From positions 1,071,976 to 1,135,975 of the forward strand of contig NW_019091359.1 in the NCBI RefSeq assembly GCF_001949145.1: DNA of 64,000 nt. The letters are read 5' to 3'. Source of the stretch: Acanthaster planci (lineage: Eukaryota). A program made the position numbers and the translations under genes. Position 1 is the first letter of the stretch. Each line of letters begins with the position of its first letter. This document shows, piece by piece, positions 1-13,480 of the stretch. The notes below the pieces were generated by a model. That model searched no databases and had not been told where the DNA came from. It worked only from the letters and a program-made list of their open reading frames with translations.

Positions 1-386
1 CACCTGCATAAATCCCCAGATTGGGTCATCAATCCAGCGTTATTGTCTTATTTGGTGTAATACCCTCATCTATACTGTTGAGCCTGTATGGGAGGGGCAG
101 TCAGCTCTTCACACAAGCAGACAAAATTTCAGTTGCAGCTTGGGACTTCGTGTCAAGCTTTTACCCCAAACAGAAACTTGTACTCACAGGATTTATTCAG
201 GTGTTGTACAAAGCAAACAATGAATGATTCAAATCCTTGCAATGGAAAAAAGTTCCTGATGTGACAGAATGATCTATTCCATTAGTTCACCTTAGAAGCG
301 TCCGTTACTTGTACATCATTTACCCATCAGGGGTACAACAGACCCTAAAAATGGTTCCGTTTTTGTGCTTTCTGTTTCTTTTGCAG

Positions 387-456
387 AATATTATTTCTAC
401 GGCAGCAAGAGAAAGACTTAGAGAAACTACGGAATGAGAACGCCTACATGACATAG
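387..456 (+). CDS. Putative terminal coding exon of an unidentified upstream gene (..ILFLRQQEKDLEKLRNENAYMT*)
   Basis: Strong acceptor (ttctgtttcttttgcag) then 22 sense codons and TAG. Followed by ~5 kb of T-rich, UTR-like sequence with AATAAA near 5394. No recognisable homology. Confidence 0.4.
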
Positions 457-3400
457 TATTAGCCTCCCTTAGCAGCCGCTGCGTCTGCTAGGTGAATGTA
501 CATAACTATATCATAAAACAAAATAATAAACACAAAAATGTTGGAAGGAATCCTGAGGCAACCACACATAACAGGCATTTACTGTGAGAGTAGGAGGAGT
601 CCGGTGATGGGCAAAGTAGAACGCTCACCTCTGAGGCAGAATGAAGGCCTGCGAAGAATTCGGAGACAACCGACAGCCAGCCGAAGATGGCAGGTTCTCA
701 TGCCTCTCGGTTTCTTATTATCCCTCGCGACTTGACATCCTGAATTAGCCTTCCCCGAAAACAACAGCAATGGTTTTCACTGATCAGCTGTAGATATTTA
801 AGAAAAACCTAAACATTATTTTTCGTGCAAAAAAACCCAATCCCGAATAACTTCCGGGTCGTTTTATATCTCATGCCCAAATTTTCTTCCTTGTTTTTTT
901 TTTTCTGTTGTCGTCTACAGTGTAAAGGAAACTGAATATTACAATACCCTGTCCTGAATAATTTGAGTGAGTATCCTACGTTGCCTGTCACTGAGTCAGT
1001 TATTTTGTCTCATCCAAGCCGAACATCCTGTTAAGTAGATACGACAAGCGAGTTTATAGTAATCATAGTGTTAAGTCTATTTTTGTTAATATTTTCGTGG
1101 ATTTTTTTTTTTTCTCTACGTGTTGCCCGGTGGCACAGTGTTCTTAATTTTTTTGCTCCAGTTCAGTGAACGTGGGTTTCACAGTGAGACGTTACCGTTG
1201 GTTTTTTGATTCTTCGACCCCTTCAAAATTATCTTTGCTTTTCTGCCGTAAAAATGTATCTATCATCTTGTGAAATTTTGATAAGAATGTTTAGCTTTAA
1301 ACAGAAACCCTCCCGCTTCCCTCCTTCCTCCCGAGCCTGTAGGGTTGCCCGCTTAAAACATGCCGATTTGCCAGACACAGAACTGGTGGCTTTATAGTAA
1401 AACCATTGAGCGTGATTTTGTGAAGGCTCTCAGTTGAATTCTTTTGCTGAGGGGAAAAACTGCACTCGAAGCATCAATCAGAACTCAATGTGTAGCAAGT
1501 TTACAATGCTTTATGCTCAGCAAAACTCTGCTGGGATGCTTAAGAACCAGTGCAAAGGTCTATACTGTGTGTGCCATCGTGGCTGGTCGCTTGTGCTAAG
1601 CATATATGTCCAAGCAGAGCACTTTGTAGGTAGCTGTGTCAACTGGAACCCTCCAGATGCCATGTAAATTACAGAAAACTGGCTGCTCTTGGCACAGTTA
1701 GAGGGTAATAGTTTGGCCCTGCAGCTGCAGGTTAAAACCTGTCACAGTTATATTATGTCACGAAATTTTTGCCAGTAACCAGAGTTCTTGTATTAGAACC
1801 TTTTGTGCCCATTTGTACAAGGCCTTTGGCCGTGGCTTGGAGCACAAGAGCAGAACGTCAAGTGAAGTTGAGAGGGGATATTGCCTTTAAATTTTGTTGC
1901 TTTGTATGCCTGTGCTTTATTGGAGGGTTTGCATGGCTAACGTCTTGCAAGTCAGCCCTTTTGTTCCACAGGGGATGCACAAAGAAGGCTTCCCTGTGGA
2001 ACAGCTGGACTGCCCTGCAAGATGGCTACCATGCAAAACCTCTAATGTGTTAAGGTGTGTTTGTTGCAAACAGCACAAACATTCATCCATGGCTGTGGAA
2101 ACTGCGCACACAGCCCACTTAGTTGACCAAGGAGATACAACAGACACTATGCCTCAATGTCATCAATGCTTACGTGAAGACAAATTGGATTTTGTTTTTT
2201 AAAGATGGGGGTGGTTCACTTTCTCAATACAACCCGAGCTCCATGTTTTACTGACTGCTTTATTTGATGTCAGTTTCTTTATGGAGGTACACATTTCTTG
2301 AGAAATCAAGGCAACTGCCTCTGGCATGTGTACGTTGTGCCCGGACACTAAAACTCCATCTCATCTTGCAGAGACATCGTCAGTAGATTGATTTTCTCTA
2401 GTTTACCGTGGAAGATTAAACTCTTACCTTTACTTTCTAGTCGTAGACAATTTAATTTTCAATCATATCAACTGCCTGGTTGAGATGTGGAAGAAGTACG
2501 TGGAGTCTTCAGCAGTTGGAGGACCTGCTGAATGTTTAAGATTTGAAATGAATTCTACCATAATAATCCTCCCGTCGGATACCGACTTCGTATTGCATAG
2601 GAGGATGGGGCCCAGATCTCCGGCCAAATCATGAACCCATTTTATTACGTATGCGTGGAGGCCCACTGGAACGGCAGCTTCAAGGCCTTTGGTGCTTCAG
2701 CTGTGTATCCCGAAAGCTAGCAATCTTTATTAATTACAGTGGCTTACATCTATCCACTTTTTTTTTTTATTTTTAGAGAAGCCCTCTACCTCCCCATATA
2801 TATTGTTGCTTTGTGTCGGTCGGTTTGTTTAAGTGACGTCCAGTCACTCGAAGTGACATTAACCAAATAATGGGACAGGACCTTGTCGCGAAGAATCTAG
2901 CATTTTGTTGTCTTTCTGTGTACGGCATAAATATATATGTATTTATAAAAAGAAAAGGTTGACCATATACGACCCAATACACCAAAAATTCGATTTCCTG
3001 TGACTCTTGTTTAAGCCTTGCACAAGTAGCATTTGATGGGCATTTCCAGTGTTTTCTCCCCCATCATATTCTCAGAATCTCAGAATGAGGAATTGAGTAT
3101 GCTCCGATGTAAACGTGTGACATTCACTAAGTGCAAATGACTAAAGATTCATATTGTGGGATCCACTCACAGTAGTTTCTGTCAAGTGCCAAAGCTTGTT
3201 TCGATGTAGCAACTTGTGTTCATAGTTGTTGACTCTTTCAGTTATTGTTCTCTTATTTTTGAACGGGAACATGTCAGGTTTCTTTTGGGGGGGCCCGGCA
3301 GAGGGAACGGGGAGCATGTTCAGTTGTAGACGATAACTTTGTCGGCTGCCAGTAACATTAAGACTGTCTCGAGTTGCGCATTCCAGCGTTGTAGCAATCG

Positions 3401-5995
3401 ACAGACTTCCACTTTGTGCAGTGCATGGTGCAGGGCAAACCCGGAGTATTAAGAGAGCACCAGCGTGGCTAGTGTTTGAATCACCCAGCAAAATTCAGTC
3501 GCACACTTCTCATATGGACAAAAATTTGAAGCTCAATCTTGGAGAAACGACACGTTCCTACAATATTGTCACTGTATGGGAAACACCCAAGGCACAAGCA
3601 TGGTGTCTTCACCCACCTGCTTAAATCAGGCATGCTAATTAACACAAAGGCCTCAATGCATCACTACTTACACTATGTTATGCTTTGTACCGGCCAAAAT
3701 ATAGACCTTCTGTACGCATTGCTTGGTGAGCAATGGTGAAAATGATGTAAAATATGGCAAACCCTTGTTTATAATGGAGTAGATGTTCTGTACATGAAGA
3801 GCCATTTACCGTGTCTCAGCATCTCCCATTGAGATAGTAGTTGTTAACCACCATCATGTGACGAGTTCTGTTTCACGTATACAGATATGATCGCTGCACA
3901 TTTGCTGGAAGCTGCTGTTGAAACTGAAAAACTTGCGACAGCTGTACTCTTGAGACCAAGTACTGCAATGTTACTGTTACAGCTGCAGTGCCTTGTAATT
4001 GCATCTCAGTTCACAGTCTAATTTGGGTAACAACACAAATCAGAGTTCAGTTTCAAGTCCAGGCGGCGTATGTTGCACGTACAATTAACGTGTTGCTCAC
4101 CGTAATCTTAAAATAAGCTGCTGAAAGACACGTCAGTTTCTCCCTTAAGGGTACATATTGATTGCAAACATGCATATTTATAAGGCCCCTCCTAATAAAT
4201 ATTCATTATGTGATCCCAGTCAGGTTACTATGAAAAGACCATTTTGTAGGGGCTAGGGCGGAGAAACAGAAATGACTGATACTGTGCTCTGTCTTCCCCC
4301 CCCCCCCAAGATGTCCCACCACTGGTGCTAAGCACTTTTTTGTCAGTTTATCCAGGAGGTCACTTGAACTCGTTTCACCATTCCCACAGGAAAATTGAGT
4401 GTCTCCCGTCAGGGAAAAACCTTGAAGTTTGCCCATGACTGATTCATGGTTCCCATACTTTGTGACCTCACTGAGGCAGCTTAAAACCCTTTTGGGGGGT
4501 GTGAGGGGGATGTGCAGGGATAGCCACATGACGGATTGTACTTGAGAGGTTCTGCCACGTCTTTTTTATTCTAGCTCACTTAGGTGTTTTTTTTTCTTTT
4601 TGGTACAATTTTGGAATTTTTGCAACGGTCATTTCAAGTGTGATTCTTCCAACTATTCAAACTTCTCCCCTGTGTAATTTCACAATACAATTGGTGGTAA
4701 AAACACGGATAGGGTGGACTTCTGAAAGTGGCTCTTTTGTTAACGTGGTAAAAGCTATAGGTAGAAAGAAGTAAAATGGTGGTTAACTTGGCATTGTTGG
4801 GGGGCAATTTTGAGGATGTTAATAAATCAAAACTTCACAGCAAGTGGCAGAAGTTAGTTTTATTGGAAAGATTTTAGACTGAGTTGGTATTCACATTGTT
4901 TTTCTTTGTAATGATGTTCAAAATGGCTTTAAAGTTTTATTTCCTTTAGTTTTTGCGGTGGAAAGATAAGCTACAGTTGTACATGTGCAACTTCTAAATC
5001 TATCATGCCAAGTAATTACCTGTGTCTAAGATGGAAGGTCAATACTTGGAAAGGCATAGGTACTGATGGAGTACAGATGCAGTCTGCGAGCAAATGTGTG
5101 CATTAAGAAATCGGATTTTGTCTGTGGTTTCCAGTATAACAAATCTAACATGTTGAGGTTGAAAATGTATAATGCATCAGAATAAATGTGTAATGTGTGT
5201 TTTTTGTTGGTCCAATGGAGACATCTCTGGTCCCATCCATCTTCATTGGAAAGCAAAGTGGGAAGACAGACTCGGGGGGGAAAATTGGCAGGTTTTTGTA
5301 GCTAGCATAAGGAATTTTCTTTTTTTTTCTATACAAAATCTTCGTTTGCCACTTGTTATGTATAAATCAAGCCGCCTCCGACATGAAAAAGAAAATAAAT
5401 CTGTAATTATGAAATTCGGTAAGAATTCTATTGTACTGTGCCTTGTTACTTTTATTTTTTTAGGTTGTAGCCATTTACTTGGTTAATGCAGGTTTTCTGG
5501 TCATTTTGAAATTTTTGTTCTTGATGTATTTTAGGGGAGCCTTCTTTGGTCTGAAAACCTTTATTTGTGGCCACCTTAAATGTCATTTTTCAAACCCCCT
5601 TAAAAAGGATAAACTCTCATTTCGGTCAATTATATGGGACACGACAGTTTCTCATTATTTTCATCCAAATAGATCAGTTTTCACCATAATCCTATCAACA
5701 AATCGCATGCTCCCCCCTTTTTTTACACGAGGCCCAAGTGGCTGGACCTTTTCCGTGTGAACACTTCCACAATTTCCAAATAGCAAAGAATGCACAAACC
5801 TAAAAACATCTTACTGACATAAAATTTAATGAGATAAAAGATGTCAGCAAATATTGCCTTGACGGGATTCGAACTACTGAGCTATGCAAACCATTCTGCC
5901 TGCCTGGGAGTAGTTTTTGTGATAATACTAGAGGATACCGCATGTAGTATTCATGATTGTGCATATCTCTATATGGAATAATCTAGCGCATACAG

Positions 5996-6092
5996 TTACA
6001 ATCCTGGACAAATCTCGTTGGAACATGCCTTCCCCCTCGCCCCCTGTCAATGTTGCTTCTCATTGGGTAAAGCTGGGCCGAATCTTGGTCCA
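5996..6092. mobile_element. End fragment of the TIR element seen complete at 12386-13015 (another copy at ~8708-8805)
   Basis: acaatcctggacaaatctcgttggaacatgcc...gaatcttggtccaa occurs three times in near-identical form. Confidence 0.65.
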
Positions 6093-6251
6093 AACTTATT
6101 ACCACGTGTCTCTCTTTCGCCGGTGAGGGTGCACTTCGGCTCAGGACGGATAACGTTTCAATCACTCAGTATTTACGCAGCAACATTCTGTGCATTAAGT
6201 TGAATGACTTTGTTATCTCCTTAATTAATATGAACAGCAAAAAGCAGTATC

Positions 6252-6325
6252 TCTGAGGTGGCCGAGTGGTTAAGCTCGCGATTATCAGATCGTTAGACGG
6301 TGGGTTCGAATCCCAGAATTGGCTT
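6252..6325 (+). pseudogene. tRNA-derived sequence (SINE head or tRNA pseudogene)
   Basis: Pol III A-box TGGCCGAGTGG (6259) and B-box GGTTCGAATCC (6303) at tRNA spacing, but poor acceptor and anticodon stems. Lies inside the duplicated block. Confidence 0.6.
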
Positions 6326-6386
6326 TTTATTTTCCCGACGCTTGCTGTCAGTCAGTTGCTATAAGAGACTCCAATTAACCCCCGTC

Positions 6387-6622
6387 NNNNNNNNNNNNNN
6401 NNNNNNNNNNNNNNNNNNNNNNNNNNNNNNNNNNNNNNNNNNNNNNNNNNNNNNNNNNNNNNNNNNNNNNNNNNNNNNNNNNNNNNNNNNNNNNNNNNNN
6501 NNNNNNNNNNNNNNNNNNNNNNNNNNNNNNNNNNNNNNNNNNNNNNNNNNNNNNNNNNNNNNNNNNNNNNNNNNNNNNNNNNNNNNNNNNNNNNNNNNNN
6601 NNNNNNNNNNNNNNNNNNNNNN
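6387..6622. other. Assembly gap
   Basis: Run of N. Confidence 1.
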
Positions 6623-8805
6623 TTGATATACAATGAGTTACAGGATTGATGCTGATTTATTTTCATTCATTTCCGAAATTTTTGACAGTGAAACCGATCC
6701 CAACCGTCTTGGGTCCATTTCTTCTCAGTGATCTCAGTATAAAAGCTGTCAGGCGTATAATGTTTATTATCGGAGATTCAATAGTAAGAGATCCGGGGGG
6801 GGGGCCACAGTCGGGCGGCACTCGCCTCCCACTTTTATTGATGGAAATGCATTTTCATTTGTTATAACAACAAATTCCGTTGGCTTTCAACTGCAGAGTA
6901 ATTTGATATTTTCAAAGAAAAATTCTCACAAAAGATACGTTCCATATCTTCTTGGGTGACCCCAAAAGTTGCCACAAATGCGTTGCATCTGCCGCTCCTT
7001 TTCGTGAATGTGAATGTTTGATCCATCACTTACCCATTTTAATCCGTGCCTCGTTGGCCATAAGTTTAATATCGGAATTCGGAGTTACCCAAATGGCATA
7101 GTCAAGTAGCTCCCTTTTCAAACTCAATACTTCCAAAATGTACCTGTTATTTCAAACAGGTTTGTAGGCTATGGGTAGTTCAGTCACGCCTCCTGGGGAA
7201 TGAGGGCATAAAACCAGACCCCTCCCCCCAAAAAGGTAAATTCAGCAAACACGACTGACATGGAGGAAAATTTCAAAGTAATCACGATCTCACAAATTTG
7301 TAGTTTTACTATTTAGTTCCTGAATGTCGCACACACAAGACTGGACACCTATATGTAACACAAAACTTGAGGGCGCTATTTCAAATTAATGTGGGAGAAG
7401 CACTGTCGGACGCATTTCACCAAATGGTTGGAATTCTGAGCGCAAGCTCATTCACCCTAACCCACCTCAATCCTCCAACAGGTGAAGGATTGAGGAGGGT
7501 TAGGGTTAATAATTTGTGATCCCTCGGTTTTTTTTTACAATAAGACATGCCATAATCAGGAGGGATCGTAGAAATATTTTTATGAATCCCGAATTTTGGA
7601 CTGGTAGTTTCCAGGTCAGGACACGTCTTGTACAAAAAGCCCCAAAATTGCGGGCCCAGGCGGGCGGCTACCTTCAGAGTTGAGCGCATAGTCTTATTAC
7701 TATTTTAGGAGTATCTTTGGGAAAGGCGAATAAAAAACTTTTTTTGCGGCTAACTTCCATCATATTGAAACAAAAAGTGATCTTCTGGCCGCAATCTTGA
7801 ATTTCCAGTGAAAAAAAAGGAAATAAAATTCATTCATATATTAATCAGCTGTTATTATTGATATTAATCAACTGAAAGTTGAGCTCACACCCTGACTTGA
7901 CTTGATTTCCGGTAATTCACTGCTGCGTACACCTCAACCATTATTCTTTCCAAATTTTTCCATTCCAGGTGCGGAATTCAGTTTTTCTTCAAAATCTGAC
8001 GATTGGATGGAGCAGAAATACCTCAACCGGTTTTTGAAAAACTCCATTTTGAAAGTAGACGCAACGAAATTCGCAACGCTCGTCATTTACCCTCTTGAAA
8101 ATACGCATACGCGGGACACGTTTTGGACGCAATGTCCTATCCAGTCTATATACTGGAAATCAATGCATGTAACCCTGAAATGTATGATTGCCGAGCTTTT
8201 GGTAACTGAGTACCTTCTTCATGGCAAGCAGATTCAGTTCCATTGGGCACACGGATGGGACCAAGTTATGCCTGTCTGTTGGCCACATCGAGGAGCAGAT
8301 GCTGACCCAGTATCAGGGCGTGCAGCCATCAATGTACCGGCTACTCAGTAACCGAAAGCTCGGCAATCATATATTTCAGAGCACTGATTTAATCATATAT
8401 TCTTGTCGATATTCTGATCACGGTGCTACGCAGCCCTTCCATATTTCTCTAATGCATGTAACCCTATAGCTATGTGCTGTGCACGTGTACAGTGGGCATG
8501 GTTAAAACTGAAGTGACGTCACACTTACGAACCGGATAGAGTACCAAAATGAATACGTCACGCGCACAATTAGTTTGTAAAAGGCATTAGCGCGAGAACC
8601 AGCGCATGAACCAACACGCGCGCGTACTCCATTCGTTTGCACTGCACTTTCTGGTTCACAGTGACGTCACACTTCGGTACTCTATTAGGGTAAAGCGGAC
8701 TTTTAGAGACAATCCTGGACAAATCTCGTTGGAACATGCCTCCCCCCTCCCCCGCTATCAATGTTGCTTCTCATTGGGTAAAGTTGGGCCGAATCTTGGT
8801 CCAAT

Positions 8806-8946
8806 NNNNNNNNNNNNNNNNNNNNNNNNNNNNNNNNNNNNNNNNNNNNNNNNNNNNNNNNNNNNNNNNNNNNNNNNNNNNNNNNNNNNNNNNNNNNNNN
8901 NNNNNNNNNNNNNNNNNNNNNNNNNNNNNNNNNNNNNNNNNNNNNN
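8806..8946. other. Assembly gap
   Basis: Run of N. Confidence 1.
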
Positions 8947-9872
8947 GCATCGTTATTTAACATTTAGTGATACAGGAGCTATGGGTTATGATCACCCATC
9001 GGTACAGGATTATTTTCAGTGGAAGGGTCCATAGTCAGTTTGCACGAATGGGATTGCTGCTGTCAAGTATGAACAACAAGAGACAAGTTGGCCACTGAAA
9101 ATGGGATGAGGTAGGCCCATCGTGAACGGTGCACCATAGAATTTCAGCACACATCTCTCTTAAATGAAGTTTTGCATTCGGTCTGAAGGGCTATATGGCT
9201 ACATGATGAGTACGCAATTCTGTCCGACCTCTTTTCACTTTCTGATTGGGTTTCAGATGAAACATTGCAACGGTGAACCATGAAAAATTAAATGAAAAAG
9301 GATGTGAGTAACTCTCCTTTTTTCAGTTGAGGTGGTGTACCGTTGCGGTTGTTATTCCGTGCGCCCGTGCAGCATTTTCAAAGAGCGGAATGTACGCGCT
9401 CCCTATCCCGTTCGTAAAGTGAGTTAAGCACCTTAACTTGCAGGTTCCCATTGTGGACGATCGCAGAAGTTGTGCGTTAACTTCGGGTTCCATGGCTCCA
9501 TGCAAATGGCAATCAATGCATGTAAGCCCTTGATCTCCATTATATCCGCTCCGAGCAGAATAAAAGAGGGCGTGTTTTGAAATGAAATCGACAGTCCTTT
9601 AGTACTCACGCACCGCAAGTTTATGCACGTTGACGCGGAGCACGCTGAGTACGCGCAACAATTTTTAACTATACGTGCACGCCGAACGCGTGTTAAAACC
9701 CGGTAGAAAAACTTATCGCCACCTGTCTCTCTTTCGCCGATGAGGGCGCACCTCAGCGCAGGGCGGATAACGTTTCAATCAGTATTTACGCACCATTTAT
9801 GCAACATTCTGTGCATTAAGTTGAATGACTTTGTTATCTCCTTAATTAATATGAACATCAAAAAGCAGTATC

Positions 9873-9946
9873 TCTGAGATGGCCAAATGGTGAAGCTCAC
9901 GGTTTTCAGATCGTTAGACGGTGGGTTCGAATCCCAGAATTGACTT
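9873..9946 (+). pseudogene. Second, more degenerate tRNA-derived copy
   Basis: TGGCCAAATGG ... GGTTCGAATCC; paralogous to 6252-6325. Confidence 0.55.
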
Positions 9947-10014
9947 TTTATTTTCCCGACGCTTGCTGTCAGTCAGTTGCTATAAGAGACTCCAATTAAC
10001 CCCCGTCAAATACC

Positions 10015-10353
10015 NNNNNNNNNNNNNNNNNNNNNNNNNNNNNNNNNNNNNNNNNNNNNNNNNNNNNNNNNNNNNNNNNNNNNNNNNNNNNNNNNNNNNN
10101 NNNNNNNNNNNNNNNNNNNNNNNNNNNNNNNNNNNNNNNNNNNNNNNNNNNNNNNNNNNNNNNNNNNNNNNNNNNNNNNNNNNNNNNNNNNNNNNNNNNN
10201 NNNNNNNNNNNNNNNNNNNNNNNNNNNNNNNNNNNNNNNNNNNNNNNNNNNNNNNNNNNNNNNNNNNNNNNNNNNNNNNNNNNNNNNNNNNNNNNNNNNN
10301 NNNNNNNNNNNNNNNNNNNNNNNNNNNNNNNNNNNNNNNNNNNNNNNNNNNNN
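10015..10353. other. Assembly gap
   Basis: Run of N. Confidence 1.
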
Positions 10354-10761
10354 TTGAAATAATGAGTTACAGGATTGATGCTGATTTATTTTCATTCATT
10401 TCCGAAATTTTTGACAGTGAAACCGATCCCAACCGTCTTGGGTCCATTTCTTCTCAGTGATCTCAGTATAAAAGCTGTCAGGCGTATAATGTTTATTATC
10501 GGAGATTCAATAGTAAGAGATCCGGGGGGGCCACAATCGGGCGGCACTCGCCTCCCACTTTTATTGATGGAAATGCATTTTCATTTGTTATAACAACAAA
10601 TTCCGTTGGCTTTCAACTGCAGAGTAATTTGATATTTTCAAAGAAAAATTCTCACAAAAGATACGTTCCATATCTTCTTGGGTGACCCCAAAAGTTGCCA
10701 CAAATGCGTTGCATCTGCCGCTCCTTTTCGTGAATGTGAATGTTTGATCCATCACTTACTC

Positions 10762-11206
10762 TAGTCAGACAGGTCTGCCCGAAAAATACAAGCAGGAAAA
10801 TAATGAAATGAAAACGAAAGAAAGGAACAATCCCTAGTTGCTGGAATTTCTAGAACAGAAAACGACATCGAGAATGCAATGGATGTCAAATCGGTATTAG
10901 CTTTGGATTTTACCCCATTGTCGCCTGAAAAGGCGCATAGGCCATCCTGTTCCCACCCCCCCAAACACACACACACCCAAGTGTGTAAACGCCTTCAATC
11001 ATGGACTCCCTATTCTTCCTCTTTTGTTCATACCTTAACTTTTTCGGAAGACCTCCCATATGTTTTATACACGTTTCCCAACTGTGGACTCTTCGGCAAC
11101 CGTGGACCCTATTGTCCCCTATTGTTATAGGCCTAGGTCCACGATTTGAATGTGTATAAAAACTCATGGTTACCCCCGTTAGACTTAATGTTGATCAGGC
11201 TGACTA
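10762..11206. mobile_element. Non-autonomous TIR insertion present only in duplicate copy B
   Basis: Absent from copy A at ~7033. Ends tagtcagacag / caggctgacta are imperfect inverted repeats. Confidence 0.6.
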
Positions 11207-12385
11207 AAACTTAATGTTCTCATTTTAATTAATCTGTGCCTCGTTGGCCATAACTATAATATCAGAATTCGGAGTTACGAAAATGGCATAGTCAAGTAGC
11301 TCCCTTTTCAAACTCAATACTTCCAAAATGTACCTGTTATTTCAAACAGGTTTGTAGGCTATGGGTAGTTCAGTCACGCCTCCTGGGGGGGTGAGGGCAT
11401 AAAACCAGACCCCTCACCCCAAAAAGGTAAATTTGGAAAACACGACTGACATGGAGGAAAATGTCAAAGTAATCATAATCTCACAAAACATGCAGGTTTA
11501 CTATTTGGTTCCCGAATGCCGCACACACAAGACTGGTCACCTATGCAATATGTAACACAAAACCTGAGGGCGCTATTTCAAATTAATGCGGGAAAGCACA
11601 GTCGGACGCATTTCACCAAATGGTTGGAACTTTGCGCGCAAGCTCATTAGTAATTTGTGATCCCTCGTTTTTTTTTACAATAAGACATGCCATAATCAGG
11701 AGGGATTGTAAAAATATTTCTATGAATCCCGAATTTTGGACTGGTAGTTTCCAGGGCCGGATTCTTCTTGTACAGAAAGCCCCAAAACTGCAAGCCCATT
11801 TTGAATATACGCGGGCGGCTACCTTTAGAGTTGAGCGCATAGTCTTACTACTATTTTAGGAGCATCTTTGGGGAAAGGCGAATAGAACACTTTTTTCGCG
11901 GCTAACTTCCATCACATTGAAACAAAAAGTGATCTTCTGGCCACAATCTTGAATTTCCAGTGAAAAAAATGGAATTAAATAAAATTCATTCATATATAAT
12001 CAGCTTAAAAAGTTGAGCTCACACCCGGACTTGACTTGATTTCCGGTAATTCACTGCTGCGTACATCTCAACCATTATTCTTTCCAAATTTATCCATTCC
12101 AGGTGCGGAATTCAGTTTTTCTTCAAAATCTGACGATTGGATGGAGCAGAAAAACCTCAACCGATTTTTGAAAAACTCCATTTTGAAAGTAGACGCAACG
12201 AAATTCGCAACGCTCGTCATTTACCCTCCTGAAAATACGCATACGCGGGACGCGTTTTGGACGCAATGTCCTATCCAGTCTATATACTGGAGATTAATGC
12301 ATGTAACCCAATGTGAAGTGCACGTGTACAGTGAGCACGGTTAAAACTCAAGTGACGTCACACTTACGAACTGGTCTTTTTAGAG

Positions 12386-13015
12386 ACAGTCCTGGACAAA
12401 TCTCGTTGGAACATGCCTCCCTCCTCGCCCCCTGTCAATGTTGCTTCTCATTGGGTAAGTTGGGCCGAATCTTGGTCCAATAAATGAACGCAACATTGAA
12501 TGGGGAGAGGGGATCTTTGCATCGCGCTTCCCACAAGGGCTGAGTTCGGGTGGCTTGTTCTCGTGTGTTCACGAACAGCTCGATTTGTTGTTCGGCAGCT
12601 CGAACGCTGGGAACGTACAACCGGTTATCGGTACTAGTTATTTGTAGTTGCAAGCAACATGGCGTCGTCCTTGTGCATTCATCGATAGTTAATGTTTGAA
12701 TAATTGGGCTAACTTCTTTTCCATTAAAAATCATTTTTGTTATGAAAAATTATTGTTAATTTTAGAAAGCTTCCATTGTTTCCAGCTTTTTAAGCCATCT
12801 CGATAGTTTTTGTAGCTTTTCAAAAATCACATATCACAAGTTTTTCCGTGTGTTCTTGTAAAACCCTGGCGAGGAGATGGTGTATGAACCTGTTCCGAGA
12901 ACAGTGTTTTTGGGTCATGTTCCCGCCGCTCGAGCGCGAGAACACGAAACTCGGGTCAAGAACAGGCCGCCCGATCGCGACCAAGGTGTTCCAACTATTT
13001 TGTCCAGGATTGTAG
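12386..13015. mobile_element. Non-autonomous DNA transposon (MITE-like), ~28 bp TIRs
   Basis: Left acagtcctggacaaatctcgttggaaca; right tgttccaactattttgtccaggattgtag (reverse complement ctacaatcctggacaaaatagttggaaca). No transposase ORF. Confidence 0.75.
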
Positions 13016-13229
13016 CTAGTTGTGATGAAAAACAGGATAGGACGCCCTCAATTTTGAAAGCTGTCATGAATATCTTTATATTTCAAGTATTATTTTAGAA
13101 ATGCGGTATTTTGCATTTTTTACCAATTTCTACAAATGTTCATTACCTTTGGTAGTACATCGCCTGGTGATTTGCGTATTAAGTTTGTAAAATCTTTAAA
13201 TACCATTAAATTCACAATTTAAATAACAG

Positions 13230-13480
13230 GACAAGATCCAGGGATGGCTTCAACGATACAGCCTCGAGAGACGTCTATAGCCAGCTCATGCGTGTCAATG
13301 TTATACGTTGTGGGCGCGTACACACATTGCGTGGTACGCAGCTTGGACATGCACCGCATGCACTGAGCTGTACTATTATGTGACTGCACTAGTGACCACC
13401 CAGTCTTAATTTGTCGATTTGTGTACTTGTCTGACCTGTGAAGGAATACTGCTCTCTGTTTTTCAGGAAAGATCTGAAAG
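13230..13480 (+). promoter_or_regulatory. Candidate promoter and non-coding first exon of the MPP gene
   Basis: Locally CpG-retaining stretch ending in a strong donor aag|gtatgt at 13480/13481. The acatgt-rich intronic style begins right after it. Confidence 0.3.

Larger units (their letters stand above)
6095..8805 (+). repeat. Copy A of a direct duplication (period ~3.6 kb)
   Basis: Colinear with 9711-12481; 6623-7033 vs 10354-10758 is nearly identical and the same spurious ORFs recur. Confidence 0.9.
9711..12481 (+). repeat. Copy B of the direct duplication
   Basis: Colinear with 6095-8805 apart from SNPs and indels. Confidence 0.9.

Noticed and set aside
6252..6325. Functional tRNA gene (also 9873 and 19755)
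   Set aside because: A and B boxes are present but the cloverleaf stems are poor and the context is repetitive.
7902..8351. 149 aa ORF and its copy at 12036 as protein genes
   Set aside because: Non-ATG start, no domain, and the copies diverge by an indel; they recur only because the DNA is duplicated.
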